A DNA stretch of 59,394 nt from Octopus bimaculoides (lineage: Eukaryota): assembly GCF_001194135.2 (NCBI RefSeq), contig NC_068981.1, forward strand, positions 117,460,191 to 117,519,584, read 5' to 3'. The translations under genes were made by a program, and so were the position numbers. Below the pieces are notes generated by a model that saw only the letters and a program-made list of their open reading frames with translations, did not search any database and was not told where the DNA came from. Positions 1 through 11,790 of the stretch are shown here, one piece after another (within the stretch, counting starts at the first letter, position 1; the number at the start of each line of letters is the position of its first letter).

Positions 1-837
1 GTGCAAACTATTCCTGGGAATGTACTGCGTTAGTTTCTTCTTTTTTATCTTGAGGTGTGGTGCAGTGTTTGTATTATGTGTTGTGTGTGTAATGCGTTGG
101 GTATCCGTCTTGCTGGTGGTAGCTTATTTCATTGGATAATTGCTGTATAGAGTGTGTTTTGTATTTGTGGATTGTTTTGTTTAGGTTGTATTATTGAATT
201 GATAATGTCTTGCGTAGGATGTGAACTGTTCCTAGCAGGGCTATTTTTTGGATAGTGTGTAGTCTTGAGTGTCCAGGTACCATATGTTTTTTTTTTTATC
301 ATGCCTAATGTTTGAATTATTACTTGTATTGTTTTCACTTTCATGTCCCCAATACATCTTGAATACTTCAATTTCAAGGTTTTGTACTTTGACAATTTCT
401 TCACTTCTTTTTGGATAATATTTTGGTCAGAAGAGACTGCAATATCTATCAGTAAGCTGGTATTTCTTTCTCTCCAATCCTTGATTATTATGTCTGGGAG
501 ATTATCTTTTATTTCTTTGTGGGTTTGAACAAGCATATCTCAGATGATTGTGGTCTGATCATTGTCTTGTACCCTGTGTGGCACATGCTTATATCATTTA
601 TTGTCAGTTTTTATGTTGTAGTGTTGGCATATTGTCCAGTAAATAGAGCTGCTTACTTGGTCGTGTCTGTATATATATTTAGATTTGGCAAGGACTGGAC
701 TGCTAGAGATGTGGTCAATTGTATGATTGTGCTGGTTGCATATTCTGCATTTGGTGTTAGGACCTGCTTTCATTATGTTGCTGCTTTTATGGTTGTTCGT
801 AGACATTGGTCTTGTGCAGCGAGAATCAGTCCTTTTA
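1..837 (-). mobile_element. 5'-truncated R4/Dong-clade non-LTR retrotransposon, 3' end (CCHC zinc knuckle + restriction-like endonuclease), decayed
   Basis: Minus frames give KGLILAAQDQCL, KCRICNQHNHTIDHI...RHDQV...IYWTICQHY, and NLPDIIIKDW...LLIDIAVSSDQNI...KLSKY (PD..D RLE motif), ending ILRKTLSIQ* then a 3' UTR running out of the window. Contains stops and frameshifts. Confidence 0.85.
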
Positions 838-861
838 TTATTATTATTATTGTTGTTGCTT

Positions 862-902
<41 letters not shown>

Positions 903-912
903 ACTGTTGTTG

Positions 913-970
<58 letters not shown>

Positions 971-975
971 TATTC
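838..975. repeat. Compound (ATT)n(GTT)n(ATT)n microsatellite; (AAT)n tail of the adjacent LINE
   Basis: Directly visible; produces the poly-N/poly-I/poly-V ORFs. Confidence 0.95.
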
Positions 976-1850
976 GGTCGTCTTATTTTTATCACGTGCT
1001 TTCACTGCACTACCGAGCGCTGCTATGTGTGCTTTGGGTATGTGCTGTGGTTTGTTGTGGTGTTCTTATTTTTACTGTATTGAAATTGCTTTACGCAAGA
1101 TGTGTGCGGTGCCTTGTAAGTGCTATTTTCTGTATGTTATATACACTTGTAAGTCCTAGTGTTTTGGTCATGTATTTGTCTGATTGTTTTTTATCATACC
1201 TAATACGCCTACTATTATAAGATTTGTTTGTGTTTAGGCTCCACTTTCGGGTTATCTCTATTTCCAGATCTTTGTATTTTGAAAGTTGCGCCGTTTCTTT
1301 TAGAGAAACATTGTCATCTGTTGATATTGATACATCTAGTAGAAGGCATCTTTTTTTGTTTTTGTTTTGGTAATCTCTGACAACTATATCCGGTTTATTA
1401 GCCTTAATTACTCTGTGTGTTTTGGCATATCCCAGAGTATGGTTGCTTTCTCGTTTTCTGTGAACTTTTCTGGGGTGTGCCTATACCATCTTTTTTCAGT
1501 TGTCATTTCATAATGTTGGCATATCTTCCAGTGTATATAGGTCCTAACTCTGTCATGTCTGTGACTATATTCCTTCTTAGCCAGGACTGGGCAGTCAGAG
1601 ACAATATGATTTATTGTTTATTCTCCATCACCACATATTCTGCAGTTACTTGTATTTCGTTTCATTACGTGTTCTTGGTGATTTCTGGTGGGAAGGCTTT
1701 GCTCTGGTGCTGCAGTTAAAAATCCTTCTGTCTCTGCTTTAAGTCCTGAGTTTCTCAGTCATTGTTGGGATTTTGCTTTGTCTATTTATTTTCTATTTAG
1801 CTTAACTCAATATTTGCAATGTAGGGGCTTTTTTTCCATCGTTTTATCAT
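976..1850 (-). mobile_element. Second 5'-truncated R4/Dong-clade LINE (different subfamily) with 3' UTR and (AAT)n tail
   Basis: Minus translation: LRNSGLKAETEGFLTAAPEQSLPTRN..NCRICGDGE*TINHIVSDCPVLAKKEYSHRHDRV..IHWKICQHY..ILWDM..IKANKPDIVVRD..LLLDVSISTDDNVSLKE..LSKYKDLEIEITRKW. The 3' UTR (plus strand CGTGCTTTCACTGCACTACCGAGCGC) recurs at 34081-34175. Confidence 0.9.
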
Positions 1851-1912
1851 GATACGCTGTGTATGTGTAAATTTTTATTCCAGTTTTAGTTTGGATTTCA
1901 GTTGTTTAACAG

Positions 1913-1981
1913 CTTCTTCTTCTTCTTCTTCTTCTTCTTCTTCTTCTTCTTCTTCTTCTTCTTCTTCTTCTTCTTCTTCTT
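1913..1981. repeat. (TTC)n microsatellite
   Basis: Directly visible. Confidence 0.95.
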
Positions 1982-1984
1982 GAG

Positions 1985-2296
1985 TGTTGTTATGTGTAGG
2001 GCGCAGTTGAGCAAGAGACCAACAAAACTCCTTGTAACACCAAAGATGAACTGAAAGCATGGATCATGGTAGCATTTACTAACTTAACCAAAGTGACTGT
2101 CCAGAAGAGTTGCAAGAGATTCTGAAGTCGTCTGGAGGCTGTGGTTGAAACCAATAGCGATTTTATCGAATATATTTATTCTTTAGTATTTCAAGATATT
2201 TTTCTGCAATTTTGGTTAATATATCTGCTAAAATGAGATTTCAGTGTTATTTTCATTTTTGCGTAACTCAGACGACAGTTTATTCATCGCACCTTG
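1985..2296 (+). mobile_element. Tc1/mariner transposon 3' end (transposase C-terminus + TIR)
   Basis: Translates AVEQETNKTPCNTKDELKAWIMVAFTNLTKVTVQKSCKRF*SRLEAVVETNSDFIE. Ends ...TTTATTCATCGCACCTTG|TA, whose reverse complement CAAGGTGCG resembles the CAGGGTGCG TIRs at 27682 and 32253. Confidence 0.75.
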
Positions 2297-3110
2297 TATA
2301 CATATATACATACAGACATATGAATGCATAATTTATTTCATGCAAATTATGTAATTATGTGTATGAGAATTAAAAAATATATGATATACGAATGTATGTG
2401 TGTATCGTATGTATGTGTATATACACTAACACAATACTACACTCACACATAGTATACGTTCGCACATACATACTTATACTTTCAAACAATCACACATACA
2501 TGCATACATTCACGCATGCATACATACACACATACATACATACACACATGCATACATGCATGCATACATACAATGACTCAAGCCCATACACACATACATA
2601 TGTATGAATGTGCGTTTGTGTTCAACTCGCGTAAGTACGCATATAGAAAACTGTAATGGCGAACAAGAAATCTACCATGAGCGAAGGATGCGTTCACGTA
2701 AAGGATATAATAAAAAAAAAATAACATAGAAAAGTGTGTGTAGAAACTTTTACTTCCTCCTACTTTTACTGATCTTTGCACTGGCCTCACCATTATGAAT
2801 ATCACAGTCGCCGCAGGGAAACAACCACTTGGATTAAGAGATCAGCGAGTAGATAGCTGCTGAATTTAGGACATTTTCTTCACGTCACCTCTTATAATCT
2901 TTAGTGCAAACGCCCGTAGCAGTTATTAAATATAGTTACCAAAGAGTGGTATTAGAACTCACAATTGAGAAGAATAGCTGCTTTTTAACCCAAACTCAAA
3001 GCTGATCGAACCAACTTATAAACAAAAGCTTTCCAACGGCTGCTATCTATTCTTTTTCCAGCTGTATTATGTCTAATACTTACACGCGTTCTTACAATAT
3101 TTTACCAAAC

Positions 3111-3428
3111 AAGGCCGGTGAGCTGGCAGAAACGTTAGCACGCCGGCAGAAACGTTAGACTTAATCTCCTTGTCTGTCCTTGTTTGTCCCCTCTATGTTT
3201 AGCCCCTTGTGGGCAATAGAGAAATAAGAAATGTTAGCACGCCGGGTGAAATACTTAGTGGTATTTCGTGTCTTTACTTTCTGAGTTCAAATTCCGCCGA
3301 GGTTGACTTTGCCTTTCATCCTTTCGGGGTCGATAAATTAAGTACCAGTTGCGTACTGGGGTTGATCTAGGTGACTGGCTCCCTCCCCTAAAATTTCAGG
3401 CCCTGTGTCTAGAGTAGAAAAGAATATT
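3111..3428 (+). mobile_element. tRNA-derived SINE family A, interrupted in its head by an ~85-bp insert containing a SINE tail
   Basis: Head GAGCTGGCAGAAACGTTAG, B-box-like GAGTTCAAATTCC and core CATCCTTTCGGGGTCGATAAATTAAGTACCAG, all shared with 26079-26397, 3545-3762, 11408-11600 and 46580-46815. Confidence 0.85.
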
Positions 3429-3544
3429 TTACCAAACAGTAAATCGTGATTTGAGAGATATTTGATTGCTATTTTGGACAGGTACAAGAGTACCTCCTTT
3501 ACAGAGGTACTTTTGATGTTTACTAGTGAGTAAAAGCATAGTAC

Positions 3545-3762
3545 ATATTGGTCTCAAATTTTGACACACGGTGAGCAAGTTCGGGCAAGGGTGTAAGTCG
3601 ATTACATCGACCTCAGTCGTCAAATAATACTTATTTTATCGACCCCCCAAAAAATGGAAGATAAAGTTGGCCTCTGCAGAATTTGAACTCAGAACATAAA
3701 GATGAATGAAATGCTGCTAAGCATTTTGTCCGGCATGCTAACGATTCTGCCAATTTGTCGTG
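3545..3762 (-). mobile_element. SINE family A
   Basis: Reverse complement of the same head and core (GAATTTGAACTCAGAAC, CTAACGATTCTGCCA). Confidence 0.8.
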
Positions 3763-4420
3763 TTAAGCATAGTATATATTGAAAACGAAAAGGGAAGTGT
3801 ATTTCTAATGAATTTGCTGTCACGTGGTTGAGATTAGTAAGGCTTGACAGGATAAACCTATTGTCAATATTTGCTCGTCGATCCACATCCACGAAGTCAC
3901 ACCTTCGTGCTGAAGAACAATCGGGAATTTTAAAATGTTCAAATATGCAGAATGTAACTTTATGCTTCATCATAAAATAGCATCAATGACAACTTCAAGT
4001 ATTAATTGAAGAAGTTGAATAAGGTTTTGTCACAGAGGAAAAACCTCTTTGCCAAAAACCCTGAAACTTACCCACCATATTGCATAATTTACATTGGGCT
4101 TGGTACCTTATATAATAATAGTTTCAAGACTTTACGATTTAAGTTTGGTAGAGGAATAGCACTACATAAACCACATAATAATGAACAGGAAGATAACTAA
4201 CATCAATTTGCAGACAAAGTATTTGCAGACTTTTTTTTTAACTAATCTGTTTTCAGGATAAGAGGCAGAGCGCTACTGACGCCAAAAATTGCGCGATACG
4301 TTACTAGTATGACCTGTTAATAATATAACGACAGAGTTCACCGAAAATAGCTGCAACCAAATTACTGAACACATATCGTAAAGCCATTGTGCAGAAATAG
4401 CAACATGCACTTCACACAAA

Positions 4421-4421
<1 letters not shown>

Positions 4422-4508
<87 letters not shown>

Positions 4509-4545
4509 CACACACATACACACACACACGCACATACACACACAC
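4422..4545. repeat. (CA)n microsatellite
   Basis: Directly visible. Confidence 0.95.
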
Positions 4546-4749
4546 TCGCAAACACGCAGTATTTTGATGATTGCAGTAAAAAGTTAGAAGAGAGATGAGT
4601 TTCATTCATAGCATTTGCATATACTATGCGATGAGGTCTGAGTTAGCCATCAATTCAAATGGAAACATTTATCATCAGTCGTGCTGACGCAAACATCCAC
4701 CACAAGGTCCATTTCTTGTTGCAGTGTGGTGACTTGTATGCTTCAATAA

Positions 4750-5115
4750 CCCCAAGAGAGTTTTTAGCGGAATGCAAGCTCTTGGTCGGGCTTCCCATAC
4801 TGGACAGGTGGAAAAGCAGAGGCCAGACTAATATGGACCAGCTCTTTCTAGAGTTAAAAGTGGGTTCGCGTTATCTACAAAGATGGAAGTTGCAGAAATA
4901 TCAAAGACAATTCAAAATCGACAAGACCCGGGAGAGGAAGGCCTTCCATCAAAGAAATATATGCTTTAAGTGCAGTAGGGATGGAACCAAAAAGGGAAGC
5001 AGAAGAGAGGCTGAAAAAGCAGGGATCCAACTGGAATGAAGGAGAAAAGACAGTCCAGGATCGAGAACAGTGAAGAAAAGCAATCGACGGCTTATGCTTC
5101 ATAAAGAACAAATAG
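4750..5115 (+). mobile_element. RTE-clade LINE relic (ORF C-terminus)
   Basis: Frames give WNQKGKQKRG..KAGSNWNE..EKTVQDREQ*RKAIDGLCFIKNK*, matching the RTE C-terminal pattern (W.P.GKRKRG..AQDR..WR..V.GLC). Confidence 0.6.
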
Positions 5116-6275
5116 CTTATGTAGTTGTAGTAGCATGTAGGATGCAAGCATGTCCGTATAGTGAAGGAGTTCTTTTGGTAATTGCGTGACTTCGTGTTCG
5201 ATCTGCGTGGTACCTTGAATAAGTGCCTTCTCTGGAAGGTTTACAAGCAGGATTAGGAAACCGGATTCTCTGCAAGCCATCTGGTGAACCGCTCCTGTTC
5301 TTTGATAGCAAAGTTAATCCTTTGCTCGGTAAACGGAACTCATTCTGCTGCAAGTATTTGAAACAAGTTTCTAATATGATGAAAACTAAATAACTTGTTA
5401 CACTGCTTCCTGCTGTAGCAATTCCCTAATCCTGGTTCTTTTTCTCCTCTCATGAACTAGTTTCAGAAGCCTTACACTGGACATGGCTGCTGCCCCTCTT
5501 TTTCGTTTTAAAAAGATCCATAGAAAAAATGTTAAACCCTGGTTGCTGCAAAGTTAAACAGAATAGATGTACATGCACTCAATATGACACTAAGTTTTTG
5601 CACGAAAATGTCCTTTGTTGATGAATTGATCTCAGTACTGCAAACCAGCAAAATACTAGTCAAAGTTTTAATGGTGGATGAAAGTAACAATGGTACCGAC
5701 AACAAGAAAGCTACCATCTGCTAGAAATAGCAATGTAATTTCTATAAATGTGCATACTAAACTTCTTAACAATGATATCTCATTGGATAATATAGTCTGG
5801 TTAAAATGTTTTCTAAAGGCAAATACACGAGGGTCACGGTAGGAACTCCTTTAATTATGGAGCTTTTCGATGAGATATACTGTAGGATTAATTAATTAAA
5901 ATAGTTTACAACAAGAAAGAAGTAACTGATATGTCTCTGCGCGGTTGCTGTTCCTGCTAGAAATATCAGTTGTTTACTTTCAACTAACGCTCTAACGACT
6001 TAAAAAATCGACGGGGCAGTGATAGTTGAAACACTTTTGATCGTAGGTGAGCTTGTCTGGGCTAAATTAAAAGTTCAGCAGAATCAATAGCAACAATAAC
6101 AACAATATCTTAGCTCAAGTTTCCGTTGAATGTGGGGAACCATAGCACAAGTGGAAACACATTATCAGTACAGATATAAAAAAAAAACCTGAAAGAACTG
6201 CAAAAACCAGGAGTTTCGCATGGATTCCAATCTTAGATGCCAAAGTTGACATACTCCCTCTCATTTTATGCTCTC

Positions 6276-6382
<107 letters not shown>

Positions 6383-8659
6383 CAAAATACATACACGCAA
6401 GGTTTCACAAGGTCTTAAAGTAAGGGAAATATAGACAAAAAGCTATAAATATACACAAAATGTTTATTTGAAATACCATTTGGGACATAATTTTCTGCTT
6501 GTAGTGTCGAATAGTTATTTTCATCTTGGTTCAAGTGTATGAAAATGGAATCAACCGGAAGGAATTTCAATAAAAAATTCTTCAGTTCGACGAATTTACT
6601 AATGTCATTTATTGTTACAAGAGTAAACATTTTATGCGTAAATTTAGTGAAGAGTTAAAGTACGTCAATGAAGTGAGTTCCAGAGTTGGTTTTCTAATAT
6701 TTCTACGAATTCTCATACATGTGAAATGCCATTTGTTGGAGAAAGTTGATATCTCACGCTCCTAAATAGTTTCTTCGTATTCTGACAGGAAATAAATTTT
6801 CATTTTCATATTACTGTACCTATTATCATTATTACTATTATTATTATTACTACTGTTGTCATTGCTGTTGCTGCTGCTGCTGTTGTTGTTGTTGTTGTTA
6901 CTATTAGATCTTGCCGTGAGTAAATGTATTTTCACCTCACTCCGAGAATTTTTGGGTGTTTTATCATTCGCAATCGAAAGAAAAATATTTCTGGTTGTAT
7001 TTTCTACTGAGAAATTCTGGCAATGCATTGAATGTCTACACTAAACTAAGAAAGAACATAAAGTTTGTCATTCTTAGGTGTAATTTTATTTTTCTGTTCC
7101 TGCTTACAACTCAATGCAAAACGGATTTCTGCCACATCAAAGACACGCCTCTGGAAAAAAGGAAATGAAATGAACGCAACTACACAGAAAAAAAACGAAT
7201 GAAAGTAAACAAATTTAATTTCACACCTAGACTTATGCATTGTACACACAATGAAGGATATCTTAGCAGTTCATAACTCTAATTTTGAACAATTTGAATG
7301 ATATTGCTAACAATAGCACACGCATATTTTACCTGTTGAAGGAAACAATCTGATTTTAATGAAAATGTTGTTTCAGTGACACAAACAGGACTGCTTACAA
7401 TTCTTTACTGGTGTAACTCGCAACAGAGAAACGTTGGATAAGAAAATACATTGAAGAGGTATGTAACGAAAGAAATTTAATTCTTGCTTGAGGTCGTTAT
7501 CTAAGAACGAATATGGAAGAAGGTTACATATTGTTGTATATCTAAGAAAACAAGAGTTTCATTTACACTCTTAAATTCAAAACTGGTTGAAATGTGTATC
7601 GATTTCTACCCATCGCTTGGTGTAGTGAAATACGAATTGTATGGCGCTTTTTGAATCTTGGACAGATCAAGAAAGCGAACCGAACTCATGCGTGGTATAG
7701 TATGATGCAGCACGTCAGCCTTGGCGTCGGATATTGGCGATTGCGCTGGCCCGTCATTCATCGTCAGTTTTCTGGTATGCGCCAAAATAACTAGAAATAA
7801 TACATGGTGGGGTGGGGTCTGCCTGAATATGCAAATCCTAACAACCCCAGAAGATTACAAGTATAATCTGGAGCTGTATACGGTGCTGCAGAAAGAAAAC
7901 CATCGTGTCTGATGTGGTAGGGCAACAAGCTTAGCCGTCACACATATGGCTACAAGAAACATTTGTATGGGTTATTCTGCCTTGAATAACTTTAAAAACC
8001 TGAAAAGGAGAGGCTAGAAAACTTGCAGGTCATAGAAAATATTGTTTCTAAAATCGGCGATCGAAGGCTGCGGAAATAATGTAAGATATTGCTAATGATC
8101 AGGTCTGTTTCTCAGTCATAATCCTCAGGAGCAGTCCATCAACCTGAGATGAGGAGTAAGTAATAAACAATAAACATGCGAGGCATATTGTCCAAGGCAT
8201 TGGAAACAGTAACGAAGGCAAAAAGGCCTCTCTATAAGAAAAATGTATACCTAAAAGGAAGGCGAGAAGAATGTTAAAGGTGGATGCCCCACACCCCGCG
8301 AGATGATCTGACATTTACAGCCATTTGAAAAACAAGCTATAACCTCATAGGCATAAGTGAAGATATAGAGTTAGATTAGGAGGGCTGTGGGCTAACTGAA
8401 GAAACCGAAATAGGTACTTAAAAGTTCAGCAAACATTCAAATGACAGATGGTTGCTGGAAACCACATCAAATGTCACCTGATAAATGTCTGATCGAAGAA
8501 AGTGAGCTACTACTTTGGTCATCGCAGAAAATGTTCATGGCCGCTTTTAAGAGCACCAAGCTGCAATAAGAGGAGTGACGACTGGTGAGGGCGGGGGTTC
8601 GAGGTGGTGATCTAATCAGGCCTAAGTGGTAACTTGTTACACATTTGTGAGTTGGAGAT

Positions 8660-8860
8660 GTTTTGGCAGAATCCTTTTAACGATGGATGAAACGTTCTGT
8701 GGTTTACTGTCTCTTTATTATTTGAGTTCGAATCCTGCTGCGATAAACTTTTACTTTCATTTCTCTGGATTTCATAAAATACTGTGTCAAATACTGTGGG
8801 TGATCTAATTGACTCATTTCCTTCAACACTGCAGGTCCTGGGCCTAAAGGAGAAACCATC
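8660..8860 (+). mobile_element. Old, diverged SINE family A copy
   Basis: TTGGCAGAATC head, TGAGTTCGAATCC B-box-like motif and a degenerate core and tail. Confidence 0.5.
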
Positions 8861-9060
8861 AATTTAATTATATTTCATTTGTGTTGTGTGCTTATACTCA
8901 CTTAACACTTTGAATAATTAAAGAATGGAGACGGTTCCATTCAATGTATTCAGTTACATAGTTCATAATTTACAATTTGATTTTGCAACACCTATGTAAC
9001 AAGATTTTATGGGCCATGAACTGAAAGTAGTGTAAATTATTTTTTCTACAAGAATTCTTT

Positions 9061-9185
9061 CATTCATTCATTCATTCATTCATTCTTCTTCTTCTTCTTC
9101 TTCTACTTCTTTTTCTTCTTCTTCTTCTTCTTCTTCTTCTTCTTCTTCTTCTTCTTCTTCTTCTTCTTCTTCTTCTTCTTCTTCT
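9061..9185. repeat. (ATTC)n/(TTC)n microsatellite next to a 10-N gap
   Basis: Directly visible. Confidence 0.95.
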
Positions 9186-9195
9186 NNNNNNNNNN

Positions 9196-9738
9196 AATGT
9201 ATGCCATCAAAGTGACACTGGGGTAAAATATACGAAGCCCATTATACCCATCATGACTAGCCGTCTGATAAGGGTACACCAGGCACATGCATCACAACCA
9301 TGTGTGCGCGACATGGTGATCTCATATCAAGATAAACAGCGCATGACCTCGCAGGTGGGGCTCAGTTAGAATTTCCTTCAAGTTGAACAGCTCATCCCGC
9401 TCAAAATGTTCTTGAATAAGGTTTGTTTAAGGATGTTGAGCAAAACACCCATGTTTCCAAAGGCGAATTATTCAAACCCCAAAGAATTTCTCTCAATACA
9501 TGGCTATGATGCACCCCCACTACTTCTGCTCAGGATCAGAGATGCACATATCATCAGCCACCAAGGGACATACTCAACTGGTTAAAGTCAAACAACTGAC
9601 AAGCAAATATGTGGTATTAAACAGAATATTTGCTGTAGCTCATCTTTTTATACCTAGACAAAACAATGTACATAATAACACTTCCAATCAATTAAGGTAA
9701 GAAGCCATGAGAGCCACTGCCTGGTATTGCATCAGGGC

Positions 9739-9745
<7 letters not shown>
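9196..9745. repeat. Interspersed repeat of unknown class between microsatellites
   Basis: Non-coding ~550-bp block ending GCATCAGGGCATTT(ATT)n. I recall it as a high-copy Octopus repeat, but there is no second copy in the window to confirm this. Confidence 0.4.
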
Positions 9746-9835
<90 letters not shown>

Positions 9836-9850
9836 TATGCAGTTGTTGTT
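9741..9850. repeat. (ATT)n(AGT)n compound microsatellite
   Basis: Directly visible. Confidence 0.95.
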
Positions 9851-9879
9851 ATGGCAGTTATTGCTATTATTTGGCACAA

Positions 9880-10760
9880 TCAAGAATTCTTGAGTCTCAC
9901 TGCTTTGCGATATTTCTTTGTTTACTTCCAGCTCATTTGGTTTGCTTATTTCCATCGTATTGGCCAAATGGGATTTTCTTGCCATATCTTTATCATGGTA
10001 TTCTGTATGTAGTCACATTGTAACTTAGTATTTAGGTTTTGATAATTTCTTCTCTTGTTTCTCGTTTCTCCTTTACAACTGCCTATCTTTTGTGCTTCTC
10101 TTTGTTTTTCTTGGCTTCCTTATGGTTAGAAAACTGTTGTTCTGTTGCCAGTAGTTTTCTATTCTCTTTTACACGATACTTTTCTGATCCTACTTTGAAT
10201 ATTTAATAATTGTTTTACTCTGTCTATATCAGTCTATCAACATCACTAAGATAAATATAATCTTCGATGTGAGATTTGGATAGTGTATTCTCTATGCAGT
10301 CATCATTTTCCTTTTATTCTATCTAATGTTACCAGTTCATTTATCTCTCCGTTGCGAATATTCTAATTATGTTTATTACTGGGACAGGCAGCATATTGTT
10401 GCAAACTACCTTTTTTCCTTTTTACATTTAGCTGTGTTTTGAATATTAATTTAATGTACCTGTAATATGTCTATCAAACGTTCTAGCGACTGTTCTTTTT
10501 GTGTAATTTATTGATTCCTTTGTAATATTTCCATTATAATTGTTCCTTTATCTAGTATGGTTGTAATGTACATAATTAATTTTCTGTTCCAGGTTGCTTT
10601 GATTAATTTTTCTCGATCAAATGTCATATTAATTGCTTTGATGTAACTGTTAACTATCATTAACAACGTTTCTAGTTGTTTATAATTTACATTATATGAA
10701 TTGAGATCGTCTATAGATAAAAATTAATTAATTGCTATCCCTTATGAACAGTATCAGTCC
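9880..10760 (-). mobile_element. Very decayed R4/Dong-like reverse transcriptase fragment
   Basis: Minus frames: FLSIDDLNSY (cf. LFYMDDLKLY), IVNSYIKAINMTFD (cf. V..FS.DIGM.FG), IFKTQLNVK..NMLPVPVI (cf. ILKT.LN.KNK..AVPV). Many stops. Confidence 0.5.
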
Positions 10761-10793
10761 TTTCTGGCTTTACATACTAAGGTTGAAAAGGAC

Positions 10794-10794
<1 letters not shown>

Positions 10795-10864
<70 letters not shown>
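10795..10864. repeat. (GA)n microsatellite
   Basis: Directly visible. Confidence 0.95.
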
Positions 10865-10866
<2 letters not shown>

Positions 10867-11269
10867 TCTTTGGAATATTCCACTTACTGAAGAGAAAAAG
10901 TTAATTTTAAAAATCTTTTCCTTTGTCTGTATCTGTGGAATTGCGTGCCATTTATTCATTACCTGTTTAATGCATCTGTTTATTATTGGCGCCACGACAC
11001 TATTGGCTAATGCTTTCAGAATTTACATGCAGGCACTGTTGAATAGCTTAAAGCAGTCGATCAACGCGTTTTGCCGTCAATTAAGATTCTTCTTTCTCAT
11101 TTTACTGTCATTGTTTACGTCTTTGTCAGTCAGTAATTGATCTTTGCCGTAAGATAAGCTTTCGTATGATCGTTCTTCTCTTATCGAAAATATCTTTCAT
11201 CCCAAGTTTATTCTTTCCGATATTATTGGAGTTACGTTTGTGCTCTATAATTAGTAATATTACTTCTGT

Positions 11270-11313
11270 CGTTGTTGCTGTTGTTACTACTACTGCTACT
11301 ACTACTACTACTG

Positions 11314-11344
<31 letters not shown>

Positions 11345-11358
11345 AGCTGTTGCTGCTG

Positions 11359-11405
<47 letters not shown>
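11270..11405. repeat. (ACT)n/(GCT)n compound microsatellite
   Basis: Directly visible. Confidence 0.95.
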
Positions 11406-11406
<1 letters not shown>

Positions 11407-11407
11407 A

Positions 11408-11596
11408 TCGAACTGGCAGAATTGTTAGTAAGCCGAACAAAACGCTTAGTTTAATTCGTCCGTCTTCAAGTTCTGAGTTCAAATTCCTCCGAGCTTGACT
11501 TTTCTTTCAGTATTTCAGGAACGATGAAATAAGTACCAGCCGTATATTGAGCCCTCTCCCCTCAATATTTTAGGTCTCGTGTCTATGGTAGAAAGG

Positions 11597-11600
<4 letters not shown>
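11408..11600 (+). mobile_element. SINE family A followed by (ATC)n
   Basis: GAACTGGCAGAATTGTTAG head, TTCTGAGTTCAAATTCC, AATAAGTACCAG; tail GTAGAAAGGATC then (ATC)n. Confidence 0.75.
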
Positions 11601-11634
<34 letters not shown>

Positions 11635-11639
11635 TATCC

Positions 11640-11790
11640 TCATCATCATCACTATCATTATTACTGGACTGATACTTATTTTATTGGCCCCGATGAATGA
11701 AATCAAAAGTCCACGCCGGTAATATTTGATTTCAGAACATAACAAAATTTCGCTATGAATTTTTTTCGCTTCATAACAGATTTAGCTGAC
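11640..11790 (-). mobile_element. Diverged SINE family A fragment, tail-to-tail with the previous copy
   Basis: GATACTTATTTTATTGGCCCCGATGAATGAAA...TTTGATTTCAGAAC is the reverse complement of the family A core. Confidence 0.5.

Noticed and set aside
519-1220. Long ORFs with poly-V/I/N/L/C runs, and similar ORFs across the window
   Set aside because: They are translations of trinucleotide and dinucleotide microsatellites, not genes.
5248-5435. Short inverted match CAGGATTAGG(A/G)AA
   Set aside because: About 12 bp with no extension or TSD; compatible with chance.
7400-8600. Higher-complexity segment, possibly a decayed LINE or exons
   Set aside because: No convincing motif or splice structure recognisable by eye.
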